Origin: Mycoplasmatota bacterium WC30
Lineage (GTDB): Bacteria; Bacillota_I; Bacilli_A; Izemoplasmatales; Hujiaoplasmataceae
Assembly (NCBI GenBank): GCA_046529635.1
Contig: CP134495.1
Coordinates: 1,694,556-1,758,555, forward strand
DNA: 64,000 bases
Direction: 5' to 3'
A program made the position numbers and the translations under genes. The stretch's first letter is position 1; each line of letters starts with the position of its first letter. Positions 29,667 to 39,812 of the stretch are shown here, in pieces. The notes under the pieces are model-generated. The model worked only from the letters and a program-made list of their open reading frames with translations, made no database searches and had not been told where the DNA came from.

Positions 29667-30453
29667 AAAATTAATAAAAGAATTAGCTTCTTTAGATGAA
29701 GTTGAAGCAGTTTTATTAGGCGGTTCCAGAGCAACTGGGACCTATGATGATAAATCTGATTATGATTATTATGTATATTTAAATAAACCTCTATCAGAGA
29801 ATAAACGCAGAAATATTTTGAATAAGTATTGTTCATATATGGAATACTCAAATAAATTTTGGGAATTAGAGGATGATGGTAAATTAAATAATGGCTTAGA
29901 AATCGAATTGATATATCGTGAGATTGATAGTATTGATGAAATGCTTGATGGACTTGTAAACAAAGGCTATGTGTCACATGGCTATACTACTTGTTATTTA
30001 GACAATGTTTTGAATTCAAAGATTATTGTGGACAAAAATGATATTGTAGCTAATTTAAAAGAAAAATACAAACATGGTCTATCAAATGAGTTGATTAAAA
30101 AAATTATTGATTATAATTACCCTATAATTTACGAGCAAATGCCTGCATTATATAAGCAAGTTAAAAAAGCGGTCGAAAGAAATGATTTACATTCAATTAA
30201 TCATCGAGTAACCGCGTATTTTGAAATGTATTATGATATTGTCTTTGCTCTAAACAATAAGACTCATCCTGGAGAAAAAAGGTTATTGGAATTAACACTA
30301 AAATTAGATAAAAAACCAGAAAAGATGGAAGAACTGATCAATCAAATATTTCTAAATATATTTCATGATAATGATAAAATGTTATTAGCTTTAAAAGTTT
30401 TGTCTTTAAACCTAAAAAAATTACTTGAAAACGAGAAATTGATTGAAAGATAG
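29659..30453 (+). CDS. Pol-beta superfamily nucleotidyltransferase, ANT(6)/AadK-like
   Basis: GSR...DYD motif (LLGGSRATGTYDDKSDYDYYVYL). The ATG at 29659 overlaps the end of the preceding gene by 8 nt. Confidence 0.5.
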   Translation: MVEKLIKELASLDEVEAVLLGGSRATGTYDDKSDYDYYVYLNKPLSENKRRNILNKYCSYMEYSNKFWELEDDGKLNNGLEIELIYREIDSIDEMLDGLVNKGYVSHGYTTCYLDNVLNSKIIVDKNDIVANLKEKYKHGLSNELIKKIIDYNYPIIYEQMPALYKQVKKAVERNDLHSINHRVTAYFEMYYDIVFALNNKTHPGEKRLLELTLKLDKKPEKMEELINQIFLNIFHDNDKMLLALKVLSLNLKKLLENEKLIER

Positions 30454-30610
30454 TTTCAAGAATTTAATTTTGATGATGTAAATGAAACATATAAATGGAG
30501 CATAAATATATTTGTGATTTTTAAGTAAATATTTAGTGACTTTTATATGTTTTTCTTTATTTATGTGATAGAATATATAACAGAGACTTTAATTTAGAGG
30601 GGGTAAATTT

Positions 30611-31264
30611 ATGTGGTGGGATAACCTATCAAATCTTCAACAAGTATCTTTTATTATAGCTATATCAGCTACAATAATTATGGTTATATTTATCATCTTG
30701 ATGTTAATTGGTATGGATGGTGCAGAATCATTTGATGGTGACGTAGATATTGATATCGATTTTGATGGAGATATGGATTTCGAAGGAGACATGGATTTTG
30801 ATGATGTTGATGGTGCAAGCGGTGTTGATGCATACAATCATGATTCAATTTTATCAATCAGTGGATTAAGGATTTTGACAATCAGAGGTGTCCTAGCTTT
30901 TTTTAGTATCGGTGGCTGGACCGTGTATTTACTAGCGGATAACGTTAAGACTTGGTTAGCTGTTTTTATAGGAGTTGTTGCAGGTGCAATAGCAAGTGTT
31001 TTATTAGCTATGGCTATGAAGGCTATCATGAAACTTGAATCATCTGGTAATTTAGATTATAAAGGTGCAATTGGTAAGATTGCCGTGGTATATATTAGAA
31101 TACCTAAAAATGCTTTAGGTAAAGGAAAAATTATATTTAATCATCAAGGTAAAATGTTAGAAGTTGATGCTATAACTAAAGGAAATGAAGATATTATTGC
31201 AAAGAAAGAAGTAAAAATTATTGGTTTAGAGAACGAAACAACTTTGGTTGTTGAAAAATTATAG
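30611..31264 (+). CDS. NfeD-family membrane protein (YuaF-like) with acidic D-rich insert
   Basis: TM helices plus a C-terminal beta-rich OB-like domain, immediately upstream of flotillin. DGDVDIDIDFDGDMDFEGDMDFDDVDG stretch. RBS GAGGGGGT. Confidence 0.6.
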   Translation: MWWDNLSNLQQVSFIIAISATIIMVIFIILMLIGMDGAESFDGDVDIDIDFDGDMDFEGDMDFDDVDGASGVDAYNHDSILSISGLRILTIRGVLAFFSIGGWTVYLLADNVKTWLAVFIGVVAGAIASVLLAMAMKAIMKLESSGNLDYKGAIGKIAVVYIRIPKNALGKGKIIFNHQGKMLEVDAITKGNEDIIAKKEVKIIGLENETTLVVEKL

Positions 31265-31277
31265 AAGGAGATAAAAT

Positions 31278-32723
31278 ATGTTAAGATTTTTAGCGACAGG
31301 TGATGCGATAGGATTAATCGTTGCAATTGTAGTAATTGTATTTATGGTTTTAGTCTTTATTGTTTCAAGAATTAGAAAATGTCCATCGGACAAAATTTTA
31401 GTAGTTTATGGTAAAGTAGGAAATAATGCTGATGGTTCAAGTAAATCAGCGGCTTGTGTTCATGGGGGAGCGAAATTTGTTTATCCATTTATTCAAGCAT
31501 ATCAATACTTAGATTTGACTCCACTTTCAATTAGTGTTGACTTAACTCAAGCTTTATCACGTCAAAATATTCGTATTGATGTACCTTCAAGATTTACAGT
31601 TGGTATTTCTACAGAACCGACAGTAATGCAAAATGCAGCAGAACGTTTACTAGGGTTACAATTACCTGAAATCCAAGAGCTTGCAAAAGACATAATCTTT
31701 GGGCAATTACGTTTAGTAATTGCGACAATGGATATTGAAGAGATTAACACTAGTAGAGACATATTTTTAGAAGCAGTATCTGATAACGTAGAAACAGAAT
31801 TAAAGAAAATTGGACTTCGTTTAATCAATGTTAATGTTACTGATATCACAGATGAATCAGGATATATTGATGCATTAGGTAAAGAAGCTGCATCTAAAGC
31901 GATAAATGATGCGAAAAAATCTGTTGCCGAAAAGAATCGTGATGGATCTATTGGTCAAGCTGAAGCCGTGAGAGACCAAAGAATTAAAGTGGCTACAGCA
32001 GATGCTTTAGCAATTGAAGGAGAAAATAAATCTTTAGGAGATATATCTCAATCAAATGCAACTCGTAGAGAAATTGAAGCTGAATCTTTAAGAAGAGCTA
32101 CTGCAGCAGAAAAAATTGCAGCTGCAAATGCCTTAAAAGAATCATATGTAGCAGAAAAAGAAGCTGAACTTGCAAGAGCAAGCAGAGAAAAAGCATCTTT
32201 AGAAGCAGATGTTATTATCAAATCTGAAATCGAAAAACAAAAGAAAGTAATCGAAGCAGAAGCTATAGCTGAAGAAACAAGAAGAAAAGCTAAAGGGGAA
32301 GCGGATGGAATTTATTCTAAAATGGAAGCTGAAGCACGCGGAACATTTGACATTCTTTCTAAACAAGCTGCAGGATTTATGGAACTTGTTAAAGCGGCTA
32401 ATAATGATTCAGCATCAGCTATTCAATATTTAATCGCAGACAAACTGGAAACATTAGTTAGTATTCAAGTTGAAGCTATTAAGAACTTGAAATTTGATAA
32501 GGTTACTGTTTGGGATGGCGGAAAAGCTGAAGATGGAAAAACTCAAACTGCAAACTTTGCATCAGGATTAATGAAATCTATACCTCCAATGAGTGATTTA
32601 TTTAAAATGACTGGTATGGAGTTACCTAGTTTTTTAGGAAAAGAAATAAAACCTGAAGAGCCAAAAAAAGTAGTTAAGAAAATAGTTGAAGAACCAAAAA
32701 AAACAGAAAAGAAAACTAAATAA
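31278..32723 (+). CDS. floT: flotillin (SPFH/band-7 domain, FloT/YuaG-like)
   Basis: N-terminal TM, SPFH domain, and a long Ala/Glu-rich coiled-coil (EA-repeat) region. 13 nt after the NfeD gene. Confidence 0.8.
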   Translation: MLRFLATGDAIGLIVAIVVIVFMVLVFIVSRIRKCPSDKILVVYGKVGNNADGSSKSAACVHGGAKFVYPFIQAYQYLDLTPLSISVDLTQALSRQNIRIDVPSRFTVGISTEPTVMQNAAERLLGLQLPEIQELAKDIIFGQLRLVIATMDIEEINTSRDIFLEAVSDNVETELKKIGLRLINVNVTDITDESGYIDALGKEAASKAINDAKKSVAEKNRDGSIGQAEAVRDQRIKVATADALAIEGENKSLGDISQSNATRREIEAESLRRATAAEKIAAANALKESYVAEKEAELARASREKASLEADVIIKSEIEKQKKVIEAEAIAEETRRKAKGEADGIYSKMEAEARGTFDILSKQAAGFMELVKAANNDSASAIQYLIADKLETLVSIQVEAIKNLKFDKVTVWDGGKAEDGKTQTANFASGLMKSIPPMSDLFKMTGMELPSFLGKEIKPEEPKKVVKKIVEEPKKTEKKTK

Positions 32724-32730
32724 CAAATTA

Positions 32731-32759
32731 AACTGACATCAAAAATGTCAGTTTTTTTT
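32731..32759 (+). terminator. Rho-independent terminator after floT
   Basis: Stem aactgacat / atgtcagtt followed by T8. Confidence 0.7.
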
Positions 32760-32837
32760 ATTATGTATAAAATTATGCTAATGAAAACACAAATAAGAAA
32801 TTTTATGATATAATTTACTGAAAAGGGGGGAGATTAC

Positions 32838-33644
32838 ATGATTGAATTTTTTGAGAGCATAAATCCCATTGTGGCTGCATTAATTGGGACTGGATTTACT
32901 TACTTCATGACTGTTGCAGGAGCTGGACTTGTATTTCCATTCGCGAAAATTAATATAAATATTCTTAATGGTATGTTAGGCTTTAGTGCTGGAGTGATGA
33001 TTGCTGCCTCATTTTGGAGTTTATTAAATCCAGGAATATTATTAGCTGAAGAATTAGGTATGATTCCTTGGGTACCTGCAGTTATAGGGTTCTTAGCTGG
33101 TGGAGCTTTCTTGATGTTCGTAGATAGAGTATTACCACATTTACACCAGGAATCAAATCACAAAGAAGGTGTAAAAAGTTCTTGGCAAAGATCTACATTG
33201 TTAGTATTGGCAATAACGCTTCATAATATACCCGAAGGATTAGCTGTTGGGGTTGCATTTGGTGCTGCTGCAGCTGGATTACCAGGAGCTTCAGTAGGAG
33301 CTGCTGTTGCATTAGCAATCGGGATTGGGATTCAAAACTTCCCTGAAGGAGCTGCTGTGAGTATACCTTTAAGAAGAGAAGGAATGCCTAGAGGAAAAGC
33401 CTTTATGATTGGACAATACAGCGGTATTGTCGAACCAATTTCCGGAGTATTAGGCGCTATATTAGCAGTTACAATGAGAAATTTTTTACCATATGCATTA
33501 GCTTTCGCAGCTGGGGCTATGATTTATGTTGTTATTGAAGAATTAATTCCTGAATCACAAATGTTGAAAACCTCAAAGGTAGCGACAGTTGGAGCGATGC
33601 TTGGATTCGCTGTAATGATGCTTCTAGATGTTGCTTTAGGATAA
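32838..33644 (+). CDS. zupT: ZIP-family zinc transporter
   Basis: ZupT signature HNIPEGLAVGVAF. 268 aa. RBS AAAGGGGGGAG. Confidence 0.8.
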   Translation: MIEFFESINPIVAALIGTGFTYFMTVAGAGLVFPFAKININILNGMLGFSAGVMIAASFWSLLNPGILLAEELGMIPWVPAVIGFLAGGAFLMFVDRVLPHLHQESNHKEGVKSSWQRSTLLVLAITLHNIPEGLAVGVAFGAAAAGLPGASVGAAVALAIGIGIQNFPEGAAVSIPLRREGMPRGKAFMIGQYSGIVEPISGVLGAILAVTMRNFLPYALAFAAGAMIYVVIEELIPESQMLKTSKVATVGAMLGFAVMMLLDVALG

Positions 33645-33672
33645 AAAAGAACTTTAAAAAGTTCTTTTTTTA
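33645..33672 (+). terminator. Rho-independent terminator after zupT
   Basis: Stem aagaacttt / aagttcttt followed by T8. Confidence 0.65.
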
Positions 33673-33796
33673 ATTATTAAATTTTTCTTGTAGATAGTTT
33701 TTCTAAAAAAATATATATGATATAATTATTTAAACAAAAACTAATATACCTGATGACTATTCTTAAAATTTTGATAAGTTTTTATATGGAGGTCTT

Positions 33797-35641
33797 ATGA
33801 AAAAGGTTATTGAAAAAATTAAATACAAGTTTGATCAGTTTTTATCATTAGGAACAGTCGCTCTAGTTCTATCACTTTTTTTAGTAATGTTTATAATTGT
33901 ATTATTAGTGGGATTCATTATTTTTGTATTTAACCCAGAATTCAACTTAGGAAGTTTGATTTGGATTAGTTTCATGCAGACATTAGATCCAGGTAATTTG
34001 AGTGGCGAACAAGGATCTGGTCTTTATATGGTTCTAATGACATTAGCTACTATTGTCGGTATTTTTATTACTAGTTTATTCATTAGTTTTATTTTAAATG
34101 GGTTTCAAAACAGACTAGAAAAACTTAGTAGAGGAAGATCCAAAGTAATTGAGAAAAATCATACATTAATTCTTGGCTGGAACAATAATATATACGTTTT
34201 AATAAATGAATTGATTGAGGCAAACAGAAGTATTCGTAAAGGGATAATTGTGATTCTTAGCGATATGGATTCTGTAGAAATGAATAGGAATATTAAGGAT
34301 AATATCCTCAAGACATATAATACAAAGATTATTTGTAGGAATGGCTCTATATATAAGAGTTCTGATTTAGCAATGTGTAATATTGTTAAAGCAAAATCAA
34401 TTATTATTAACCAAAAAGATATGAATACTATAAAGTCATTGTTGGCGATAGTAAACTCCGAGTTTTACACTAATGGTCAAGGGCATATTTGTGCATTAAT
34501 GTATGATAATCTAAATATATCAGTAGCCAAAACAATCGGAAAAGACAAACTTGAAATCGTGTATTTAAAAAGTGCGATAACAAGAATTATAGCTCAAACT
34601 GCCTTACAACCAGGATTATCATATGTGTATAGTGAGTTGTTGGAGTTTAAGGGAGACGAAATATACTTTTATGATACTGAAGAGATGATTGGCAGTACAT
34701 TCTATGATGTAATATTTAAGTTTGAACAAGCGATTGTCATTGGAATTATGAAAGATAAAACGTCGATAATAAAACCTAGTTTTGACACAATAATTGAAAA
34801 AGGAGATAGGTTAATTCTAATTTGTGAAGATGAGGATACAGCCATTGTTGATGAAGAGAAACATTTATTGGATGAATCTATTATAAAAAATGCTAAACGG
34901 AAATCTAGCTTAAAAAAAGAAGTGGTATTTGTAATCGGATTTAATAGAAAGACAAAATCAGTTATTTGTGAATTTAATAACTATTTGATAAAGGGATCGG
35001 TTATAAAGGTTTTAGTCAATTCTGAAGAATATATTCAAGAACTTAATGCTCTAAACTCAGAACTTGATAACATTGAAATACAAACTTTTGTAGGTGAAAC
35101 ATTTTCAAGAGAAGTATTAAACACATATTTAACTAAACTTTGTGAATCAGTAATTATCTTTGCTAATGAGAATGTTGAAGGTGAAGAAAAAGACTCTCAA
35201 ACACTGCTAACCCTTCTCCATTTAAGAGATATTGAGGAGATCAAGCAGACTAAATTTGATATAATTGCTGAAATTGCAGATGTCAGAAATTCAGAAATAG
35301 TTGATCTAGCTAAAGTGGATGATTTTATAATAAGTGAGTTAATGGCAAATAAAATGCTAGCTCAAATATCAGAAAACCGATTCTTAAAAGACATATTTGA
35401 TCATCTTTTATCCGATGAAGGCTCAGAAATCTACCTTAAGCCAATAGAACTCTACGTTGATATTACGAATCCAGTAGATTTTTATACAATAACTGAGTCA
35501 GCCATAAAAAAAGATGAAATACCGATTGGATACAGAATTTTAGAAACTGGTTCAGTTCCATTAATCAAACTGAATCCAACTAAATCCAACAGAATTCAAT
35601 TTCAAAAAGGAGACTCCTTAATCGTAATATCTGAGGACTAA
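33797..35641 (+). CDS. membrane protein with two TM helices and tandem RCK/TrkA-N-like domains (CASTOR/POLLUX-like architecture)
   Basis: N-terminal hydrophobic helices. Two Rossmann-like segments (HTLILGWNNN and VVFVIGFNRK). Confidence 0.4.
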   Translation: MKKVIEKIKYKFDQFLSLGTVALVLSLFLVMFIIVLLVGFIIFVFNPEFNLGSLIWISFMQTLDPGNLSGEQGSGLYMVLMTLATIVGIFITSLFISFILNGFQNRLEKLSRGRSKVIEKNHTLILGWNNNIYVLINELIEANRSIRKGIIVILSDMDSVEMNRNIKDNILKTYNTKIICRNGSIYKSSDLAMCNIVKAKSIIINQKDMNTIKSLLAIVNSEFYTNGQGHICALMYDNLNISVAKTIGKDKLEIVYLKSAITRIIAQTALQPGLSYVYSELLEFKGDEIYFYDTEEMIGSTFYDVIFKFEQAIVIGIMKDKTSIIKPSFDTIIEKGDRLILICEDEDTAIVDEEKHLLDESIIKNAKRKSSLKKEVVFVIGFNRKTKSVICEFNNYLIKGSVIKVLVNSEEYIQELNALNSELDNIEIQTFVGETFSREVLNTYLTKLCESVIIFANENVEGEEKDSQTLLTLLHLRDIEEIKQTKFDIIAEIADVRNSEIVDLAKVDDFIISELMANKMLAQISENRFLKDIFDHLLSDEGSEIYLKPIELYVDITNPVDFYTITESAIKKDEIPIGYRILETGSVPLIKLNPTKSNRIQFQKGDSLIVISED

Positions 35642-35795
35642 AAAAGCTTAACATTTAAGTTAAGCTTTTCTATGACTATATATGTGCTATATTGTTCTCA
35701 AACCATTGACCTAACAACTAAATTATTATAAAATACATTAGAGGTTAAGTTGGAATGAAATAAAATGTGAAATACATATAACAAAGCATCAGAAA

Positions 35796-36011
35796 TCAAT
35801 GCTTTGTTATAGTCGGGTCTGTTGGAGCCTCAAAAAGTTCTTCCAATGTTACATTTAGAACTTTTGATAGCCTAAATGCTAGTTCCAAGCTTGGAGAATA
35901 TTTATTTTTTTCGATTGAGTTAATTGTTTGTCTAGTGCATCCTGTTAGATCTGCTAGGGTTTCTTGGGTTATGTTCTCAATGCTTCTATATACTTTGATT
36001 TTATTTTTCAT
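35796..36011 (-). CDS. XRE-family HTH transcriptional regulator (71 aa)
   Basis: HTH QETLADLTGCTRQTINSIE. Confidence 0.7.
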   Translation of the reverse strand: MKNKIKVYRSIENITQETLADLTGCTRQTINSIEKNKYSPSLELAFRLSKVLNVTLEELFEAPTDPTITKH

Positions 36012-36016
36012 ATCTG

Positions 36017-36439
36017 TTACTCTCTGTTATAATTAATGATAACAACTAGACTAGTAATAGCGTATGCAAAAGCAAAGGTAGAATAACCGATGAACCAAAG
36101 CCAAGTGACTGGAACGGTTCCAGCATCTCTATTGATTATAAAAACGATTATACATAGCAAGAAAACATACATGAGCGATAATATCATACCAGTACCATAG
36201 GATTTCTTTTGAACATAATAATCTCGTTCATCAACAACATTTTCTTTATTTTGAGTTAGTATCATTGTAATAGCGAAACCCAACATTGAAATTGCTAAAA
36301 CAATTGAATTAATTAAAAAATGTATTTTGTTAGAAAGATATTCTGTTGGTCCAACAATTATGAAGTATACTGACATAAAAACAAATAAAGTCCCAAACAT
36401 AGAACTTACAATCACAGCTCTTTTATAAGATGTATTCAT
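36017..36439 (-). CDS. small membrane protein co-transcribed with XRE regulator
   Basis: 140 aa with 4 predicted TM. Lies 5 nt upstream of the regulator on the same strand. Confidence 0.5.
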   Translation of the reverse strand: MNTSYKRAVIVSSMFGTLFVFMSVYFIIVGPTEYLSNKIHFLINSIVLAISMLGFAITMILTQNKENVVDERDYYVQKKSYGTGMILSLMYVFLLCIIVFIINRDAGTVPVTWLWFIGYSTFAFAYAITSLVVIINYNRE

Positions 36440-36537
36440 AGTATCACCTCTTATTTAAATAGTATAACATCTTTTACAAAATGTCAAGAACCTTTTACTT
36501 TTATATTAAAAATTAAATCAAATCTAAGGAGCTAAAA

Positions 36538-37353
36538 ATGTATAAAATTGAAAAGAAAGAAATCCTAAATGTTGATGTTGAACTAATGATTGTCAACGCA
36601 CCTCTAGTAGCTAAAAATACTCGACCAGGAAACTTCCTGATTATTAGAGTCGATAAATTTGGTGAAAGAATTCCATTGACTATAGTAGAAACAAACAAAG
36701 ATAGTGTAACAATAATTTATCAGAAACTAGGCTATTCAACTACCTTATTAAGTAAAATGAAGGTAGGAGATAGCTTATTTGATGTGGTAGGACCTCTGGG
36801 ACAACCCACTCACATAAAAGAAGTAAAAACAGTATTGGGTATTGCTGGAGGAGTTGGATCAGCACCATTATTTCCTCAACTTAAAGAATATGCAAGACTA
36901 GGCGCTAAAGTTGATTTAATCATTGGAGGTAGGACAAAAGAACATTTAATTTTAATAGATAAATACAAACAATTTTGTGAAAACATCTATTATGCAACTG
37001 ATGATGGTTCTTTTGGTACAAAAGGTTTTGTAACCCAAGTTGCTGAAGAGATTTATCAAACAAAAAAATATGATTTATCAATCGCAATAGGTCCGCTTAT
37101 AATGATGAAAAATACTGTAGCTTTAAATAAGAAATACAATATTGAAACAGAGGTTTCTTTAAATCCAATCATGATTGATGGGACTGGAATGTGTGGGAAC
37201 TGCCGTGTAACAATAAATGGAAAAACAAGGTTTGCTTGTGTAGATGGACCAGATTTTCCCGCAGAAGGCATCGATTTTGATGAACTGATGGCAAGACAAA
37301 ACTATTACAAAGAAGAAGAAAAACATATATGTAAATTGAAGTTGGGTAAATAA
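36538..37353 (+). CDS. nfnA: NADH-dependent reduced ferredoxin:NADP+ oxidoreductase small subunit (NfnA / SudB, PyrK-like)
   Basis: FAD/NAD-binding PyrK-like fold. C-terminal Cys cluster CGNCRV...C. Confidence 0.65.
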   Translation: MYKIEKKEILNVDVELMIVNAPLVAKNTRPGNFLIIRVDKFGERIPLTIVETNKDSVTIIYQKLGYSTTLLSKMKVGDSLFDVVGPLGQPTHIKEVKTVLGIAGGVGSAPLFPQLKEYARLGAKVDLIIGGRTKEHLILIDKYKQFCENIYYATDDGSFGTKGFVTQVAEEIYQTKKYDLSIAIGPLIMMKNTVALNKKYNIETEVSLNPIMIDGTGMCGNCRVTINGKTRFACVDGPDFPAEGIDFDELMARQNYYKEEEKHICKLKLGK

Positions 37354-37354
37354 T

Positions 37355-38731
37355 ATGAAGATAGACAGAACAATAATGCCAGTTCAAAATCCTGAAGATA
37401 GAAGTGTTAATTTTTGTGAAGTTGCTTTAGGTTTTGACTTTGAGTTAGCTAAAATAGAAGCGAGTAGATGTCTCCAATGTAAAAATCCAAGATGTGTAAA
37501 AGCTTGTCCAGTAAATATTGATATTCCTAAATTTATAAAACAAATTAATGAGGAAGAATTAAGTGAAGCGTATTTCACTATCTATAAGTCTAATATTTTA
37601 CCATCTGTATGTGGCAGGGTATGCCCACAAGAAAAACAATGCGAAGGAGCTTGTATTCTAACATTTAAAGATAAAAGTGTTTCTATCGGAGCTTTAGAAA
37701 GATTTCTAGGTGATTACGCATTAGAAAACGATTTAAAAATTGATGAATGTATTATAGAAAATAACATAAAAGTAGCTATCGTTGGTAGTGGACCTGCGGG
37801 ACTAAGTGCCGCAGCTAGTCTAAGAAGGATGGGATATACTGTAGATGTCTACGAAGCGCTTCATGAATTTGGTGGGGTTCTAAAATATGGAATACCAGAT
37901 TTTAGATTACCAAAGGACATCGTGGATAAAGAAATTAGTAAAGCCAAAGATTTAGGTGTAAATTTTTATAAAAACGTTATTATTGGCAAATCAATAACAA
38001 TAGATCAATTATTAAACGAGTATAAATATAAATCAGTCTTTTTAGGAAATGGAGCTGGATTGCCCAAATCTTTAGGTGTAGAAGGCGAAAACTTAACCGG
38101 AATTTATTTTGCAAACGAGTTTCTAACTAGAGTTAACCTAATGAAGGCAAACAGATTCCCAGAAGCACCTACTCCAGTCAGAATTGGACAAAATGTCGCT
38201 GTGGTCGGCGGTGGGAATGTAGCTATGGATGCTGCTAGAACTGCTAAAAGACTAGGTGCTAAAAATGTATTTGTTTTATATAGAAGAGACATGAATGCTC
38301 TTCCTGCAAGGTTAGAAGAAGTTCATCATGCGATTGAAGAAAATATAGATTTTAGACTGTTATTAAATCCAGTTCAATATATAGGTGAGAATTACCGAGT
38401 TAAACAAGTAAAATGTGAAATAATGGAGTTGGGTGAAGAAGATGCATCTGGTAGAAGAAGACCAATGCCGACAAATAGATTTAAAACATTTGATATAGAT
38501 TCAAGTATAATTTCTATTGGGCAAAGTCCAAATCCAATTATAAAAAATGCTACTCCGAATCTTGATACAGATTCTCGAGGTAGAATAGTAGTTAATGAAT
38601 ATCAAACATCAGTACCCGGAGTATTTGCCGGAGGAGATGTGGTTAGTGGAGCAGCAACTGTAATTCTAGCTATGGGTGCAGGAAAAGAAGCAGCTGTTGA
38701 AATGGATAAATATATTAGAAATTTAAAGTAA
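37355..38731 (+). CDS. nfnB: NfnB / SudA (glutamate synthase small-chain-like, GltD family)
   Basis: Two N-terminal [4Fe-4S] Cys motifs. Two Rossmann GxGxxG motifs (VGSGPAGL and VVGGGNVAMD). Starts 1 nt after the nfnA stop. Confidence 0.7.
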   Translation: MKIDRTIMPVQNPEDRSVNFCEVALGFDFELAKIEASRCLQCKNPRCVKACPVNIDIPKFIKQINEEELSEAYFTIYKSNILPSVCGRVCPQEKQCEGACILTFKDKSVSIGALERFLGDYALENDLKIDECIIENNIKVAIVGSGPAGLSAAASLRRMGYTVDVYEALHEFGGVLKYGIPDFRLPKDIVDKEISKAKDLGVNFYKNVIIGKSITIDQLLNEYKYKSVFLGNGAGLPKSLGVEGENLTGIYFANEFLTRVNLMKANRFPEAPTPVRIGQNVAVVGGGNVAMDAARTAKRLGAKNVFVLYRRDMNALPARLEEVHHAIEENIDFRLLLNPVQYIGENYRVKQVKCEIMELGEEDASGRRRPMPTNRFKTFDIDSSIISIGQSPNPIIKNATPNLDTDSRGRIVVNEYQTSVPGVFAGGDVVSGAATVILAMGAGKEAAVEMDKYIRNLK

Positions 38732-38760
38732 ATAAATCAATTACAGATAAGAGGATATAC

Positions 38761-39192
38761 ATGGAAAAAAAACAAAACCCGGAATTAACAAAAAGAGATA
38801 ATTGGATTCATATAATTAAATTCACACTATTTTCAGCTTCTGCTGGAGCTATTCAAGCTTTATCATTTACATTACTATTTGAAGTTCTAGCTATGAAGGA
38901 AAGTATAGCCTATTTTATAGCTCTAGTATTATCGGTGTTATGGAATTTCACTTTAAATCGTAAATTCACTTTCAAATCAGCAGCTAATGTTCCGAAAGCA
39001 ATGTTTAAAGTCGCTTGTTATTACGCTGTATTCACTCCTTTATCAACTTGGTGGTTTGATGCTTTAGCAAATATCGGTTGGAATGAATACGTAATTTTAG
39101 GAGGAACAATGCTAATTAATTTTGTTAGTGAATTCCTATTTACAAGGTTTGTTGTTTATCACAACGACATAAATACTGCTATCAAAAAATAG
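38761..39192 (+). CDS. GtrA-family membrane protein
   Basis: 143 aa with 4 TM. GtrA-like topology and size. Confidence 0.4.
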   Translation: MEKKQNPELTKRDNWIHIIKFTLFSASAGAIQALSFTLLFEVLAMKESIAYFIALVLSVLWNFTLNRKFTFKSAANVPKAMFKVACYYAVFTPLSTWWFDALANIGWNEYVILGGTMLINFVSEFLFTRFVVYHNDINTAIKK

Positions 39193-39199
39193 TTTTTCA

Positions 39200-39231
39200 T
39201 AAAAAAAAACCTTAGAAATTAAGGTTTTTTA
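39200..39231. terminator. Bidirectional terminator between convergent genes
   Basis: A9, stem aacctta / taaggtt with loop gaaat, then T6. Confidence 0.65.
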
Positions 39232-39245
39232 TTTTGTTAATTATT

Positions 39246-39749
39246 TTATACGGCTGTACCAATAGGTACAAATACTCTAGTAGCTAGTTCTTTGTCTAAC
39301 ATATATAAACCAGCACCTTTAACTATTTTAACTTTTTCAATTAGTTTAGAAAAATTGTCTTCCTCTTCAACTTGTTCGTCGATATACCAATTTAAAAGAC
39401 TTACACTTGCATAATCACTTTCTTCAATCGCCAATTTCATTAGATTATTAATTCTTCTAGTAACTTCTTTTTCATGATTAAGTGAAGCTTCTAAAACCTC
39501 TAATACTGACCCAAATTCGTTTTTAGGTGTTTCGAAACCTCTGATTTCTACACGACCACCACGTTCATTAACAAAGTTCATAAACTTTTGAGCGTGTGCC
39601 ATTTCTTCTTGAAATTGCACGTCAAACCAATTTACAAACCCTTCTAAAGATAGGCTTTCCAAATAGTTTTTCATTGCTAAGTATACAAATGCAGATTCTA
39701 TTTCAAAGTTAAGTTGAGTATTTATTGCTTGTTCTAATTTTTTATTCAT
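39246..39749 (-). CDS. ftnA: non-haem ferritin
   Basis: Ferroxidase-centre residues in the ferritin-like four-helix bundle (E...EEMAHAQ). Start taken at MNKK after SD AAGGAG. The six-frame ORF begins 3 codons earlier at a GTG. Confidence 0.8.
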   Translation of the reverse strand: MNKKLEQAINTQLNFEIESAFVYLAMKNYLESLSLEGFVNWFDVQFQEEMAHAQKFMNFVNERGGRVEIRGFETPKNEFGSVLEVLEASLNHEKEVTRRINNLMKLAIEESDYASVSLLNWYIDEQVEEEDNFSKLIEKVKIVKGAGLYMLDKELATRVFVPIGTAV

Positions 39750-39812
39750 TATTATCACTCCTTATCAACTTAATTATATAACATAATATAACAATAAACA
39801 ATTGTATTGCGC

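Noticed and set aside
29659-30453. CBASS-type CD-NTase interpretation of the nucleotidyltransferase
   Set aside because: The GSR...DYD motif and its position resemble ANT(6)-type adenylyltransferases. No effector, Cap2/Cap3, HORMA or TRIP13 genes are adjacent.
30637-31029. Minus-strand ORFs (66 and 63 aa) inside the NfeD gene
   Set aside because: Antisense to the acidic repeat region, with repeat-driven composition.
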